Shown: positions 11,506 to 24,732 of the stretch, piece by piece
How positions within the stretch are numbered: the first letter of the stretch is position 1
How the letters are laid out: each line of letters begins with the position of its first letter
Source of the DNA: Centroscyllium fabricii
Taxonomy: Eukaryota
Assembly (NCBI GenBank): GCA_051313645.2
Contig: JBNRSN020000002.1
Coordinates: forward strand, 323,764,001 to 323,828,000
Reading direction: 5' to 3'
DNA length: 64,000 nucleotides
The notes under the pieces: model-generated
What the model saw: only the letters and a program-made list of their open reading frames with translations
What the model was told of the DNA's origin: nothing
Databases searched by the model: none
Made by a program: the position numbers and the translations under genes

Positions 11506-14240
11506 ATGGATACTATGATCAAGCCAGCAACGTTTGAATTGGATCCCCGATCACCAGGAGCATCGAACGCCTTTACACACTGGCACAGTGTCTTCGATGG
11601 ATACCTAAGAGCAAACGCAGTGGTCGTGGTGACCGATGAGCACAAACGACGGCTCCTCAACGCCCGGGTGGGCCCTCAGGTGTACTCCATGATCGTGGAC
11701 GCCTCATCTTTTCAGGATGCCATCAGGATTCTCAAAGCTGAGTACAATCGGGCACCTAATATCGTCCACGCTAGGCATATCCTTGCCACCAAAAAACAGC
11801 AACCCGGTGAGTCAAGCGTGGAGTTCCTAAGAGCTCTCAGAATACTGTCGCGGGACTGTGACTGCAGAGCGCTAACGGCCCAGGTCCATGTAGACAGCCT
11901 CATTAGAGACGCTTATGTAACAGGCCTCAGGTCAGACTATGTGAGACAGAGACTGCTAGAGCAGAACGGCCTTGACCTGCAGGCAACCGCGGACCTGGGG
12001 AATGTGCTGGATGTGGCCTCACTGAACTTATCATCGTACTCGAGTAACTATATGGGCCCAGCCCCGCCATCTTGGACAACGCCGGCGCAACGACCGGCAG
12101 AATAATTAATTGCAGCTGCCCACGTGAAAATGGCAGCCAAATGTTACTTTTGTGGGCAGTCCCAGCACCCGAGACGTAACTACCCTGCCAGAGAAGCGGC
12201 CTGTTCGAAATGTGGGAAGAAAGGACATTACGCAAAGGTCTGTAAAGCAACCACGAAACCGAAACCAGGCAGCGCCGCGTGTGGAACATGGGAGCAGCCA
12301 TATTGGGCTCACCCATCCCCCACTCAGCACCCCTCGTGGCAGCAGTCGCCATATTGGACTCAGCCTCCCCCTCCACAGTACACCGCATGGCGGCAGCCAT
12401 CTTGGGGACCGGCCCCGGAGGACTACTCTCCGGATCAAGACGAATCGGAGGACCCAGTATTAGCATCGGTGACCATCGACCAGGACAAGACTCAGTCACT
12501 GGAAGAATCTGCGGATCAAGACGAATCGGCTGATCCGGTATTGGCATCGGTGACCCTTGATCAAAACAAGACCCAACCGCTGGAAAAATCAATGATGCCG
12601 GTGGAAGTTAACGGTCAAGAGGTGGTGTGCCTGTTCGACAGCGGGAGCACAGTAAGTTTCATAAATCCTAATACTGTAAAGCGCCTCTCCCTTAAAGTAA
12701 TCCCTGCGCGCCAGAGAATATCTATGGCTTCCAAGTCTGAATCTGCAGACGTCTCCGGGCGCTGCGCAGTAGCACTCAATGTCCAGGGCGCGATGTTTAA
12801 TGATTTTAGCTTTTACGTGCTGCCGCAGCTATGCGCCCCCTTACTCCTGGGACTGGATTTCCAGTGCCATCTCCAGAGCGTTACTATGGCGTTCGGTGGG
12901 CCCCTTCCCTCACTCACGGTTAGAAACCGCAGCCCAGCGCGGCACCCCCAACGCACTACCTGTGGCCTCTCGACCCTTAAGATCGCCCCTCCATCCCTCT
13001 TTGCCAACCTCACCCCAGACTGCAAGCCCGTCGCCACCAAGAGTAGGCGCTACAGTGCTGGGGACATGGAATTTATAAAGTCTGAGGTGCAGCGCCTCCT
13101 AAAAGAAGGGGTAATCGAGGCCAGTAATAGCCCCTGGAGGGCGCAGGTAGTGGTAGTCAAAACCGGGGAGAAGAACCGGATGGTTGTGGACTACAGCCAG
13201 ACGATAAACCGGTTCACCCAACTAGATGCCTACCCCCTCCCCCGGATAGCAGACATGGTGAATCAAATCGCTCAGTTTAAAGTGTTCTCGACCATAGATC
13301 TTAAATCTGCCTATCACCAGCTTCCCATCCGCTCAGAGGACCGGCTCTATACAGCCTTCGAGGCTGACGGTCGCCTCTACCACTTCCTTAGGGTCCCGTT
13401 TGGCGTCACGAATGGGGTCTCGGTCTTCCAAAGGGAGATGGACCGAATGGTCGATCGGCACGGGCTGCGAGCCACTTTCCCGTACCTCGATAATGTGACC
13501 ATCTGCGGCCATGATCAGCAGGACCATGACGCCAACCTCCAAAAATTTCTCCACACAGCTAAAACGCTGAACCTAACCTATAACACAGAAAAATGTGTGT
13601 TTAGCACCACCCGCCTGGCCATCCTCGGCAGCATTGTGGAGAATGGGGTCATCGGTCCCGACCCGGACCGCATGCGCCCCCTCATGGAGCTCCCCCTCCC
13701 CCACTCCCCCAAAGCCCTTAAACGGTGTTTGGGGTTTTCCGCTTATTATGCCCAGTGGGTCCCCAATTATGCGGACAAAGCTCGCCCACTACTCAAATCG
13801 ACCTCTTTTCCCCTTTCTGCAGAAGCCAACTCGGCGTTCTGTAGAATTAAAAACGATATTGCCAAAGCCACGATGCACGCTGTAGATGAATCTGTCCCAT
13901 TCCAAGTGGAGAGCGATGCATCGGACTTTGCCCTGGCCGCCACCCTTAACCAGGCGGGCAGACCCGTGGCCTTCTTCTCACGTACCCTCCAGGGCCCCGA
14001 GACCCGTCACTCCTCAGTCGAGAAGGAGGCCCAGGCCATCGTTGAAGCAGTGCGGCACTGGAAGCACTACCTGGCCGGCAAGCGTTTTACCCTGTTGACT
14101 GACCAACGATCAGTCGCGTTCATGTTCAACAACAAGGAATGGGGTAAAATAAAGAACGACAAGATATTAAGGTGGAGTATTGAACTCTCTGCATTCAATT
14201 ATGATATGTTGTACCGGCCCGGGAAATTTAACGCTCCCCC
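11506..14240 (+). pseudogene. Gypsy gag-pol: Gag, zinc knuckles, aspartic protease, RT, RNase H
   Basis: Single frame broken by TAA at 12103-12105. Motifs: CSKCGKKGHYAKVC knuckle, LFDSGS protease, DLKSAYHQ / PFGV / YLDN RT, ESDAS..EKEAQA..TD RNase H. Homology stops after YRPGKFN. Confidence 0.92.
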
Positions 14241-14689
14241 AGCCACCGACGACAAGGTACGCTCCCTGACACGTGGACCCAGTACCCCAGTACGCCCGCA
14301 CGGCACCTGCGAGCAGCACGGCGTGGCCTCCAGCTTGGATCCACAGCGCGCGCCCCCCAGAGTCAGAGGACGAAGGAGAGAGCGCGCCCCCTGCTGTCAG
14401 AACAAGGGCACCACCACCCAGAAGTAACAATTTAACAACCACCGCTCGTCAACCGGCACCGGCACCACTACAGCAACCGACACGGCCAGCCACCCCGCGA
14501 CCACGGACACCACGGACACCACCAGCGGTGTGACGATCAACGCGGATCACCAATCTGCCTGAACGACTCAACCTGTAATTAAAAGAACTTTTCACGTTTA
14601 TACCCCGTGGGACTTTTGTTTATTAAAGAATTTTTTTTCCTTCCTTTTCCTTTCACCCCGCCGGACTTTCGTTTTAAAGAAGGGGTGAA

Positions 14690-14959
14690 TGTGATAAACC
14701 CTTGTATATAGTTAACTACCATGTATTGCTATGTACAAATGTAAATACCTGTACTGTAAGGTGATGACTGGGACATGCCCAGGTTAGCTCCGCCCATGAC
14801 TCCTCCCTCCCTGGAGGAGGTATATAAGTGGCTGCACCCATCCCTCAGCCATACCTGGGGACAGTCGACTAGCTGGTGCATGTTCCAGTAGTAGTCAATA
14901 AAAGCCTTATTGTTTCTCTAACTAACTACTCGTTTCCGAGGCCATTATTTCAGGTCACA
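14690..14959 (+). repeat. 3' LTR (270 bp)
   Basis: Direct repeat of 11207-11484, preceded by the PPT. Confidence 0.95.
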
Positions 14960-17900
14960 CCCACCTTTGCCCCATATCCCTCAATAACTTTGGTTCACAA
15001 AAATCTATCAATCTCAGATTTAAAATGAACAATTGATTTAGCATCAATTGCCATTTGCAGAAGAGAGTTCCAACCTTCTACCTCCCTGTGTGTGTGGAAG
15101 TGTTTCTTAATTTCACTCCCGAAAGGCCGGGCTCTAATTTTTTTAGACCCCCCAACCAGGGGAAATAGTTTCTATCTAACTACCCTATCTGTTCCCCTAA
15201 ATATCTTGAAAACTTCAATCAAATCACCCCTTAACCTTCTAAATTCCAGGGAATATAACCCTAGTTTGTGTAATCTCTCATCATAATTTAACCCCTGAAG
15301 TCCGGGTATCATTCTGGTAAACCTACGCTGCACTCCCTCCAAGGCCAATAAACCCTTCCAAAGGTGTGGTGCCCAGAACTGCTCACAGTACTCCAGGTGT
15401 GGTCTAACCAGGGCTTTGTCTAGCTGTAGCATAACTTCTACTCCCTTGTAATCTAGTGCTCTAGGTATAAAGGCCAGCATTCCACCAGCTTTTGTGATTA
15501 AAATGTCATGAAGAGGTCTAGAAATAATGATCCATGTACCTGGACCCCCAAGATTCTTGGGACCGCCACTGTTTTTAGCTTTTCACCATTTAGAAAATAG
15601 CCTGTTCTATCTTTTTTAGGTCCAACGTGGATGACCTCACATTTGCCTACACTGGGCAAAACTGTGGCAAATGTATTTCAATCACTTAATCTATTAATAT
15701 CTCTTTGTAATTTTATGCTTTCATCTACATTGCTTACAATGCCACCTATCTTTGTGCCATCAGCAAATTTAGACATGTAGCCTTCTATTCCATCATCTAA
15801 GCTGTTAATCAATACAGTGAATAGTTGAGGCCCAAACACAGATCCCTGTGGGACACCACTAGTCACATCCTACCAATGAGAGTACCTGCCTATTATCCCT
15901 ACTCTCTGTCTCCTGCCGCTCAGCCAATTTCCTAACCAGGTCAATAATTTGCCTTCAATTCCATGGGCTTCAACCTTAGTTAACAGTCTCTTATGAGGGA
16001 TTTTATCAAATGCCTTCTGGAAGTCCATATAAATAAAATCTATCAACATTCCTTTGTCCGCTACTTTAGTCACCCCCTCAAAAAATTCAAGCAGGTTTGT
16101 CAGGCGTGACCTACCTTTCACAAATCTATGTTAGCTCTCTCTGATCAACTAAAAATTTGCAAGGTCACCCTATCCTTAATCATAGACTTTAGTAATTTCC
16201 TGACAACAGGGGCTAGGCTAACTGGTCTATAATTCCATGGTTTCCTTTTCTCTCCATTCTTAAATAGCAGAGTGACATGCACAATTTTCCAATCTAAAGG
16301 AACGGCTCCTGAATCAAGAGAATTTTGGAAGATTATAGTTAAGGCATCTGCAATGTGCTCACCTACTTCATTTAAAACCCTGGGATGAAAACTCTCTGTT
16401 CCTGGGGATTTGTCACTCTTTAGTGCCATAACAACATGATAATTGTTCATTACTGCCAATCACCACTCTGGCACTGAAAATTAATTATTGCAAGTGTGGA
16501 CTCTCATTCTTTCAGATATTAATTGTTGGAGATTTTAAAAATATTAAATTAAAAATTAACTTTTTTTTTACTTTTCCTGTCTTTTTTCTCTATCTAATTC
16601 TTCTTTTCCTCTTTTTCTTTCTCTTTCTGTACCTGATTTAATATTGAATTCACCCACTCTAATTTACACGTCTTTCTCAGTCCTCCCGCTGTTTATTTCC
16701 CCATCCTTCAATCTGATTGATTGAGGAGATACTGTTTGTTGCTCTGTTATCAGCAACGTTATCAGCTCGCACTTTCAGCAACTTAGTGCGCAAAACATAA
16801 CGCAGTTGGATGCCCTGCTACAATAAAAGCAGGCCCATTGTGTTCACTGTTCATAGTTTTAAATTGCCTACAATTATAAAAGAAAACATTTTTTATTCAA
16901 ACTTACTGAAATCAGCTTCACAATCATGCATCATTGCAACAAATATTATTTTGTATTTTTATTAATGAATATGAAACTAATAACAATGGTAACAATGATA
17001 TGGTGAAAATGTATTAAAATACCACAAGATATTTAATGATCATATGGGTCATTGGGATCAAAAGTCTGGTATCAATGTGTTTTCAAACTATAGTCTTTGT
17101 GGGCTTGCATACAAAATATTACCAATAAAAGGCCTTTATTGACAAACTGTGCCAAATGATAAGCTAAGAATGTGCATCTGGTTATTCTGTTAGCCCCCAA
17201 CAGTAATTCAGTGTGATCTGCAGAGCACTTGTCAATGTTTTATCATAGCACAGTAAAACATAAGTAGTATCATGCCATATACAGTTCCTAGAGAAAATAA
17301 AGACATGTGACCACTGAAACAGATATACAACTGCACAACACAATTTACTCTCATCAGCTGGTGAAAGAGTATAAATAGAAAGCAGATATTCGTAAAGCCT
17401 TTAGCCAAAAAGCTGAAAGAACATTGTGTTACTAAATTGCTTCCATTACTGTCTGCTAATTGACATTAGTTGGTAATAGTACACACTGTGCAGCAGCAAG
17501 TTTTCAGTTATAAAGAAAAGGCTATTTTATAATTACAAAAGGAAAGAGCTGTTTTCAATCTAAACATTTCCTTTCCTTAAACACTGGATAAGAATGTTTA
17601 ATTATGATCTCTCCTATTCGACAGCAGAACCTCCCAGTTTTCTTTCCTGAGAAAACAATCTGCTGGAGATCCGTCATGTTGGGCAACAGCTGGCCAGAAA
17701 AGACTCGCTTGGGTGACATATGCAGTGGCTCTGTACTCGGCCAGCTCTCAATATACTGTGTGGGGATCACCACCCTTCCCAATCCTGGATGCTGAAATTG
17801 GCACTCCAATAAATTTGAAAATGTTCAGTATGGGCTATGGTTCAGGTCCTAGCAGATATTGAACATTTTAATTGCATTGGCGCACTGAGAACAGCATTAG

Positions 17901-18039
17901 GACTCAGTATCACAGTAGCTGGCCAAAATCAGACACCCTGTTATATCTCTTGGGCAACTCATTCCTGAATGAGAAACCAAACATGGTGAGCCTCCAGCAA
18001 CAGTTTTTTCACTTTAAAAAGTTGAAATTTTTCTTTGAA

Positions 18040-18485
18040 AATCCTTCAAAATCATGAAGGGATTATCAAGAGTAAATAAGGAGGAACTGTTTCTAGTGAC
18101 AGAAGGGTCAGTAACCAGAGGACACAGATTTAAGCTAACTGGTAACAAGATCAGAGGCAGTATGAGGAGAATTTTTTTATGCAGCGAGTTGTTATGATCT
18201 GCGCTGCCTGAAAGGGTGGCGAAAGCAAATTTACTCCTAAGCAAGGATAGGAGGCAAAGTTATTTTCCACTAATTTTAATTCTAAGAAGTTATAGTTTTT
18301 TTAACTTTTAATTCTAAGAAGTTGTTTTGTCCCCTTACAGAATTGGATAAATACTTAAAGGGGAAAAACTTGCAGGGCAATGGGGAAAGGGCAGGGGAGT
18401 GGGACTAATTGGATAGGTCGTTCAAAGAGCCGGCACAGGCATGATGGGCAAAATGGCTTCCTTCTGTGCTGCATCATTCTACGAT
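18040..18485 (+). repeat. CR1-like LINE 3' fragment
   Basis: TTCAAAATCATGAAGGGATT...AACCAGAGGACACAGATTTAAG...CCTTCTGTGCTG, similar to 58110-58437. Confidence 0.75.
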
Positions 18486-21400
18486 TTGGTGAAGGTAGGG
18501 GAAATTGTTAACAAATATTTTGGCAGTGTTTATTTGATAATATTCTAGATTACAAATAATACATCTTCCAAGAATATTGTTCTTATAATAATTTATTTGT
18601 GGCAAATTATAAGTAATCAACATTTTATCCCTAACATGATTCTTAGCTTCTGAGTAATAAGGAAGTCTTTCTTTATTTGCATATGCAAATTAGATGTTAT
18701 TCGCATAATGTGTTGGTCATTTGCATGCAAATTCATAAAATTGATTTGCAAATATGGTTCAAAATCCTCCGTATGCATCAGCCCTCCACCCCCTCCCCCC
18801 CAAAGGCATGTATATATAGGAAGGCCAATTAAAAATAACCTTTACCTGTCCCAAGGGCATCCAAAAACAACCTCAGGATATCTACTGGAGCAACAATTAT
18901 ATTTGACAACTTTCACAAAGCTAGATAGAACCTACAGTCTGAGAAAAAATATTGTAAAAATTATACTTTCTAATTGACCCAATATAAACATGTTATTCTA
19001 ATTAGCATAATTAATGAATATGTTTCCCTGCTGACATAACAATCATTCACTTCAAGATTCATAATGGTTTAAATCACATGGCGGAAATCATTTTTTTCTA
19101 ATTAACCTAATTTGCCTATAAAGTTTGAAGTTGCCGAGTATCCATATGCTCCCAAAGGCATATAAAAAGATGGCATCTAATATTTTTAAAGAGGAATTAA
19201 AAAAATAACCTTTAATTGAAGCAATGACTGGGCCACCTCACCCATACACCACCACCTCCTGAATCCAACCACAAGTCTAGCCTCAGAGCAGGTAGGCTTT
19301 CCAAGTATACACTTACCCTGCATTATCAGACATCGCAGAGGATTATACACCAGTGTACAGATAAATTTAGCCCTATATATATTATTTCTTAATACATTTT
19401 TGAATCATGTTTCAGTAAACCGCTCTGTGGTCTTTGATTCCATGTACTGTACTATATTGAAACATAGGTAACATTAAACTGTAACTGGACAAGTCAATTT
19501 TAATTCTGCCCATCATACAGACAAGTAAAACGTATATGTAAATAACACTCAATTTACACAATTTACATCCCTAACACTGTACTGGGATCATTCTATAATA
19601 AGGCCCATCAGTGTGATTCCCATTTTGTCTTTCTCTTTCTTTCCATATAATAGCAGTTTCCTATTCACTTACTTGTAGATGTGTTTTTTAGTTGTTCCCT
19701 TTGACTACTGTTCTGCTATTGGTCAAAAACGAACGGTCTCAGTTGGAGCTCAAAACTCCATTAATATATTAGAAACTTCAGCTCAAAACTAAAGGAAACA
19801 ACCACCTTTAGGATTTTCATCAGTATATTTGAATATAAAGATCAAGAAATCTGGTACTGTACATAAAATCACCATTGGATATTACTACAGCATAGTATTG
19901 AAATCTATTTGTTCTTTTTATTGTGCATTTTGATTTTCTTGGTTTTGTTTCAGTACAGGCACAATGGGCCGAAAGGCCTCCTTCTGTGCTGTAAGATTCT
20001 ATGATTCTAATTTTACCCATTCATAATTCATTCTTATGGATTTTTGAGCAGGTTTCTCTTTATTTTCTTTAATTTATTTTTCATAGGTTATAATTGATTG
20101 TAGTTTTGTATTTTTCTTCTCATCTAGTTTCCTTTTTCTCCAGTTTTCACCAGTTTTTCCCCCCTCTTATTCTTAATTTTTTCACAGATTTTCATTATAT
20201 TTAAATGTTGTATTCTGTCCTTTTATATCATTTGTTTTTACTTTATACAGTTACACTTTTCTGCCCTGACACTAATTTATGATTTATCTGACTCTTTTGT
20301 TTTATTTATTTTCTCCTCTCCCCCACCCCCCCCCCCCCCCCCCCCCCCCCACCCCATCACCTATAGAGGATCTAGCAAGGGGCAACAGGGAGAAAAGTTA
20401 GAAAGATTAAAATCTAAAGGAAGACCACTAAAGAGTATAAAATGACTAGATCCAACATTGATAGAGAGCACGGTAAACACAGAACAAATGGGAGAGAGTG
20501 AGTCAGGGTGGGGAAACAAGCAACACGATCAAAAAGTACATGGAACAGTCAAAACAATGAGGGGATGGAGCAGCAGCTGCTTAACTAACAGACACCGAAT
20601 GATTTGAAGAAATAGGAAATCAGAGTGGACATAAATATCAAGGCAAAATAACACAGAGGTGGCAAGAAGCAAATGCACGAGGCACAAGGTTGGACACAGA
20701 AGAGGCCTGACATTAATAGGTGCTGGAGCAGCTCTACAATAACACAGGACTTGTACACGTTACTGCCACTACTGTGTGGCGATAACAGCAGCTGATGCTC
20801 TTCTTACTCCGACCAGTGTACTATATTGCATAAGAGATTTTTTTCCTGAAATACAGGGAAGTAGAGAAATTCATAATAAAAATACCAAACTCTTATTTTC
20901 TATTACCTATCCTGACTAAATATTCCATCGAATTATTTAATGCATAAATTATGATACTATTGTTAGATACAATGATATACAATAACAGGTGAAGTAAACT
21001 ATTTGTGGCTCACCAGAAATGCAATTGGTATTTCAATTTAATGTTAAAATAGTTTAATACAAAAGTAATTGTAGTTTCTTTTAATTCCATGCTTCATTGA
21101 GCTCTCTGTCTGTTTCAATTTTTAATATGGCCTGCAGTTTAAAAAAAAATCCATGCCAGACTCTGTATATAGTAATTTGGACATTTCAGCATTAGAGATT
21201 AACGGTTAATGATTCCCAACAACAAATAAAAAAGATTTTGGAGGTACTGCATGCCCTTATGTAAATAATATACTGGATCGGATTGACCCTTGATATCTTC
21301 ATAGATCTTACAGAGTACATATAATGTACAAGATTTTGTAATGTTATTATACATCATTATTAAATCATGAGTGGCCCCATTTAAATAATTTTGTATTCAG

Positions 21401-22038
21401 GTTTCCCATCCTCATTACTATGGACACAGTAGTATCCTATTATTTGCAATAGCTCAGAACAAACAAAATGTTAGATATAACCTGAACAAAATGGAGCAAC
21501 TATACTATTACTATGGCAGAGGCAAGCTGGAACAGCAAAAAAAATGTACATCAGAATTATATACATTTTTAAAATGCAGTAATTGAATTCAACTTCTTAC
21601 GTTTATGAGTTCCCTGGTATGTTGTAATGCTTTTTGATTGCAGGCTTCCATGTCTCATTGACACAGAAAATGCCAGCTGCATCCAGGGCGGACTGGCCAT
21701 ATAGAAATTGGAAGATTTGCCAAGTGCTCTTGTGAATTATTCCACAGCACTGTATTATCTACACTCCAATTTTTCTGAGAATCCCACACTCTTTTGGGAA
21801 GCCAGTTCACCCCTGTCTGCAGCTCATTATGCATCGCTCTCTCCTCCAACACAAGAGAACTCAGTACATACACAGGACTTAATTCTCTAAATGGTTAATT
21901 TTAATATTACACAAAAGTGATCTGTGGTATCGATTTTTTCCTAATTTATGATTCTGTAGCACTTCTCATACAGAGAGACCTATCAGCAAGTTCTGCAGGG
22001 TAGTGGGCAAGGAATGGATGTTGAGTGTGAAGAGATTG

Positions 22039-22211
22039 GAATAAAAACAGAAAATACTGGAAATACTCAGATGATCAGGCAGCATCTGTGGAGAGAGTTA
22101 ACGTTTCAGGTAGTCAGCGAATGGTCATCCACCTGAAATGTTATCTCTTGTTTCTCTCTCCACAGATGCTGACTGACCTGCTGAGTGTTGCCAGAATTTT
22201 CTGCTTTTATT
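22039..22211. repeat. Foldback (inverted) Penelope-like terminal repeat fragment
   Basis: AATAAAAACAGAAAATACTGGAAATACTCAG..CAGCATCTGTGGAGAGAG pairs with CTCTCTCCACAGATGCTG..CTGAGTGTTGCCAGAATTTTCTGCTTTTATT. Related pieces at ~40910-41050 and 53230-53550. Confidence 0.6.
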
Positions 22212-24349
22212 GCAATCTCTTCACTTTGCAGTATTTTGCTTTTGTGAAGAGATTGGAGTTGGGGTGGGCTGAGAACATGGTCAAAGAAACATATTTTTGT
22301 CAAGCTTTTGAAAGTGGAGAGGTAGGAGACAATATTGTGAAGTGGCAACAAAGATATAGTAGTTCCAGAAGGCAGGAGCACAATGGCTGAAGGTCCTCCC
22401 ACTGATGGTGGAATGGAGGGATTTGGAGAATGAGGTGCCAGCTTGTGCCAGAAGAGGTGAATATGTGCACTGTGTCCCAAGGCTGCAGGAAATCACTGAG
22501 ATAGGATGGAGTAAGGCGATAGAGTGATTTGAAACTAATTTAAAAGATTACTAAAAGTATACAGTTTTATTCATTTAGAAATGCTTAGGCACTTGGCAAC
22601 TTTGAACTAGATACCTGAGCATTTCTCAACTTGGCTTTGAAACAAGTTGGAGTTATACTACACACGGTGCAGAATTCGAGTGGGGTGACACTGCCTACTG
22701 AAGGTGATCACCCAACTCTTGCTTCGGAGTCAAATGCTCAATCTGATTTACAATGACACTTTTATGTCGATGCTCACCTGAAACTACTTCACATCAACGC
22801 AAAGGTCATAGCACAATAACAACCTTAAGCATAAAATCTTTCCATGTGTTTTCACATTTTACAAGCCTAAACTATTTTATTTTTACCTATCACACTGTGG
22901 TGTGCATTTCCTGTAAAAATTCGTGAATACTCGAAAACAACAACACGCACTGCAGAAATATTTTTTTTCTGCATGTTGCTCATATATAGTTTTGTGGGTT
23001 TGCTTCCCACGTGTAAGCGTCGTACGGCTGTGCTATTTTAGGTTATACTTTGTCACAAACCACAACATATAGGTGTTCGGAAAGCGCTCACCCTAAACTT
23101 ACAAAGAGGAAACCGGGCGTCTCCAAAGCCAGTTGAAGGTGAGCGCTGTGCACCATTTTACCTCAGATATCAGATGAAACGCGAGACTTTTGCTGAGCGC
23201 GCTGCGGCCGGCGGGCGGGTTGCTGATGCAGACAAACCCCCCGGACTCTGCGTCCTGTTGTGTTTCAGGCGGCTGTGGTTTGCAGCAGGCCCGCAACGAA
23301 CGCTTGTGCTAAAATGGCGCCAACGTGGGCGCATGGCGCTGCAGGCTTTGACATTTAATCATTCAAAAAAACGGCACCAATGTCCTTTAATCTTCATCTC
23401 CATGTTCATTAAGTTTCATACACTGATGCGCGTGTAACTGTTTTTATATAACTGACACAACGTTCGACTTCAGTGACTCGGTGAAGCTTTTGCGGTTGTT
23501 TCTCGGGTGATCACTGACTGGCCAATGTGCATCTACCTGAAGAGGAAGGGTTGTTCATATTAAACAGCGTGTAGTGCAATTAATTAATTAATGGAAACTT
23601 AAATATAGTTCGTTTTAATGAGATAACTGAAGTTTAGAAATGACTCTTCCGTGTTACCCGAGTTACTTTTGTGCTCCATAAATAAAGCGCATTAGGGCAG
23701 CTCCCCCGGCAGGGAGTACGTGGCCTTCTTCCCAGATACTTCACGGGCCAATTGGTGTCACTCTACCAATGGTGGAGTCCAACACCAAACACCACCTCTC
23801 CCCGCTATTATACAGCCAGCTGATGTGTCAATAATATAATATAATACAGAATGATTTGTATTACTGGTAATATAACACAGAATGATTTGCTATTACTGGT
23901 AACTGTTACTCTGATTTTACACACACTGAGCCACCAATGCACAAGAACTCGGCAAACGAATACGCCAGATCTCTTAGATGTTCACCACACCCTATATTGA
24001 TGAATAACAGTAAACGCTGGCCTTTTAATGTAGACATACAGTATTTATATATTGAGAGGAGAACCTGGTGATACAAACGTTTCTGATATAAGTTGTAGAA
24101 TATTTTCATTTATTTGAAAAGTCATGAATACAACTATCTCCCCAATGGTGAGATGGCACGAACGGTTCCAGTTCTTTATATACGATTATAGGAAGAAAGT
24201 TAAACACTTTAATCAATATTTCGGTGTACTATCAATACTCAATCAAACGTGACTGCATATATTATAAAGCATTGTTAACTATACGTTAGTCATTTTTATT
24301 TCTTAGCAAATTTGTATTTCCATGAGTCTGATGAAATGCGCTAATTTCG

Positions 24350-24732
24350 GGTACGTAGCATAGTGGTTATGTCACTGGACTAATAATCCGGAGACATGAG
24401 TTCAAATCCCACCACGGCAGCTGGGGAATTTAAATTCAGTTAATTAAATAAATCTGGAATAAAAAGCTAGTATCAGTAATGGTGACCAAGAAACTACCGA
24501 TTGTCATAAAAACCCATTTGGTTCACTAATGTCCTTTAGGGAAGGAAATCTGCCGTCCTTACCTGGTCTGGCCCACATGTGATTCCAGACCCACAGCAAT
24601 GTGGTTGACTCTCAACTGCCCTCTGAAATTGCCCAACAAGCCACTCCGTTGTATAATGGCGGCTCACCACCACCTTCTCTAGGGCAATTAGGGATGGGCA
24701 AGGGGACGCCCACATCCCCTGAAAGAATAAAT
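24350..24732 (+). mobile_element. tRNA-derived SINE
   Basis: A box TAGCATAGTGG, B box AGTTCAAATCC. The LINE-derived tail GGGCAATTAGGGATGGGCA..ACGCCCACATCCC matches the inverted LINE tail at 34010-34090. Confidence 0.7.

Larger units (their letters stand above)
11207..14959 (+). mobile_element. Ty3/Gypsy LTR retrotransposon, internally deleted (no integrase)
   Basis: Two TGT...ACA LTRs, 5-bp TSD CCCAC (11202-11206, 14960-14964), polypurine tract AAAGAAGGGGTGAA before the 3' LTR, and gag-PR-RT-RNaseH order. Confidence 0.95.
11105..16430 (-). mobile_element. CR1-like LINE (RT region to 3' tail), interrupted by the Gypsy insertion
   Basis: - strand ORF fragments KSDKSPG..HPRVLNEV, YMDFQKAFDKIPH, GVPQGSVFGP, SKFADGTK, LVRPHLEYCEQFWAP. 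The 3' tail (11105-11206) lies on the other side of the LTR element. Confidence 0.9.

Noticed and set aside
12103-12105. Stop between gag and pol as programmed readthrough
   Set aside because: The TAA lies before the zinc knuckles, inside Gag, with no readthrough context. A nonsense mutation is more likely.
20326-20350. Long poly-C tract
   Set aside because: A simple homopolymer of unreliable length with no supporting context.
23845-23905. ~32-bp tandem duplication
   Set aside because: A two-copy local slippage event with no further structure.
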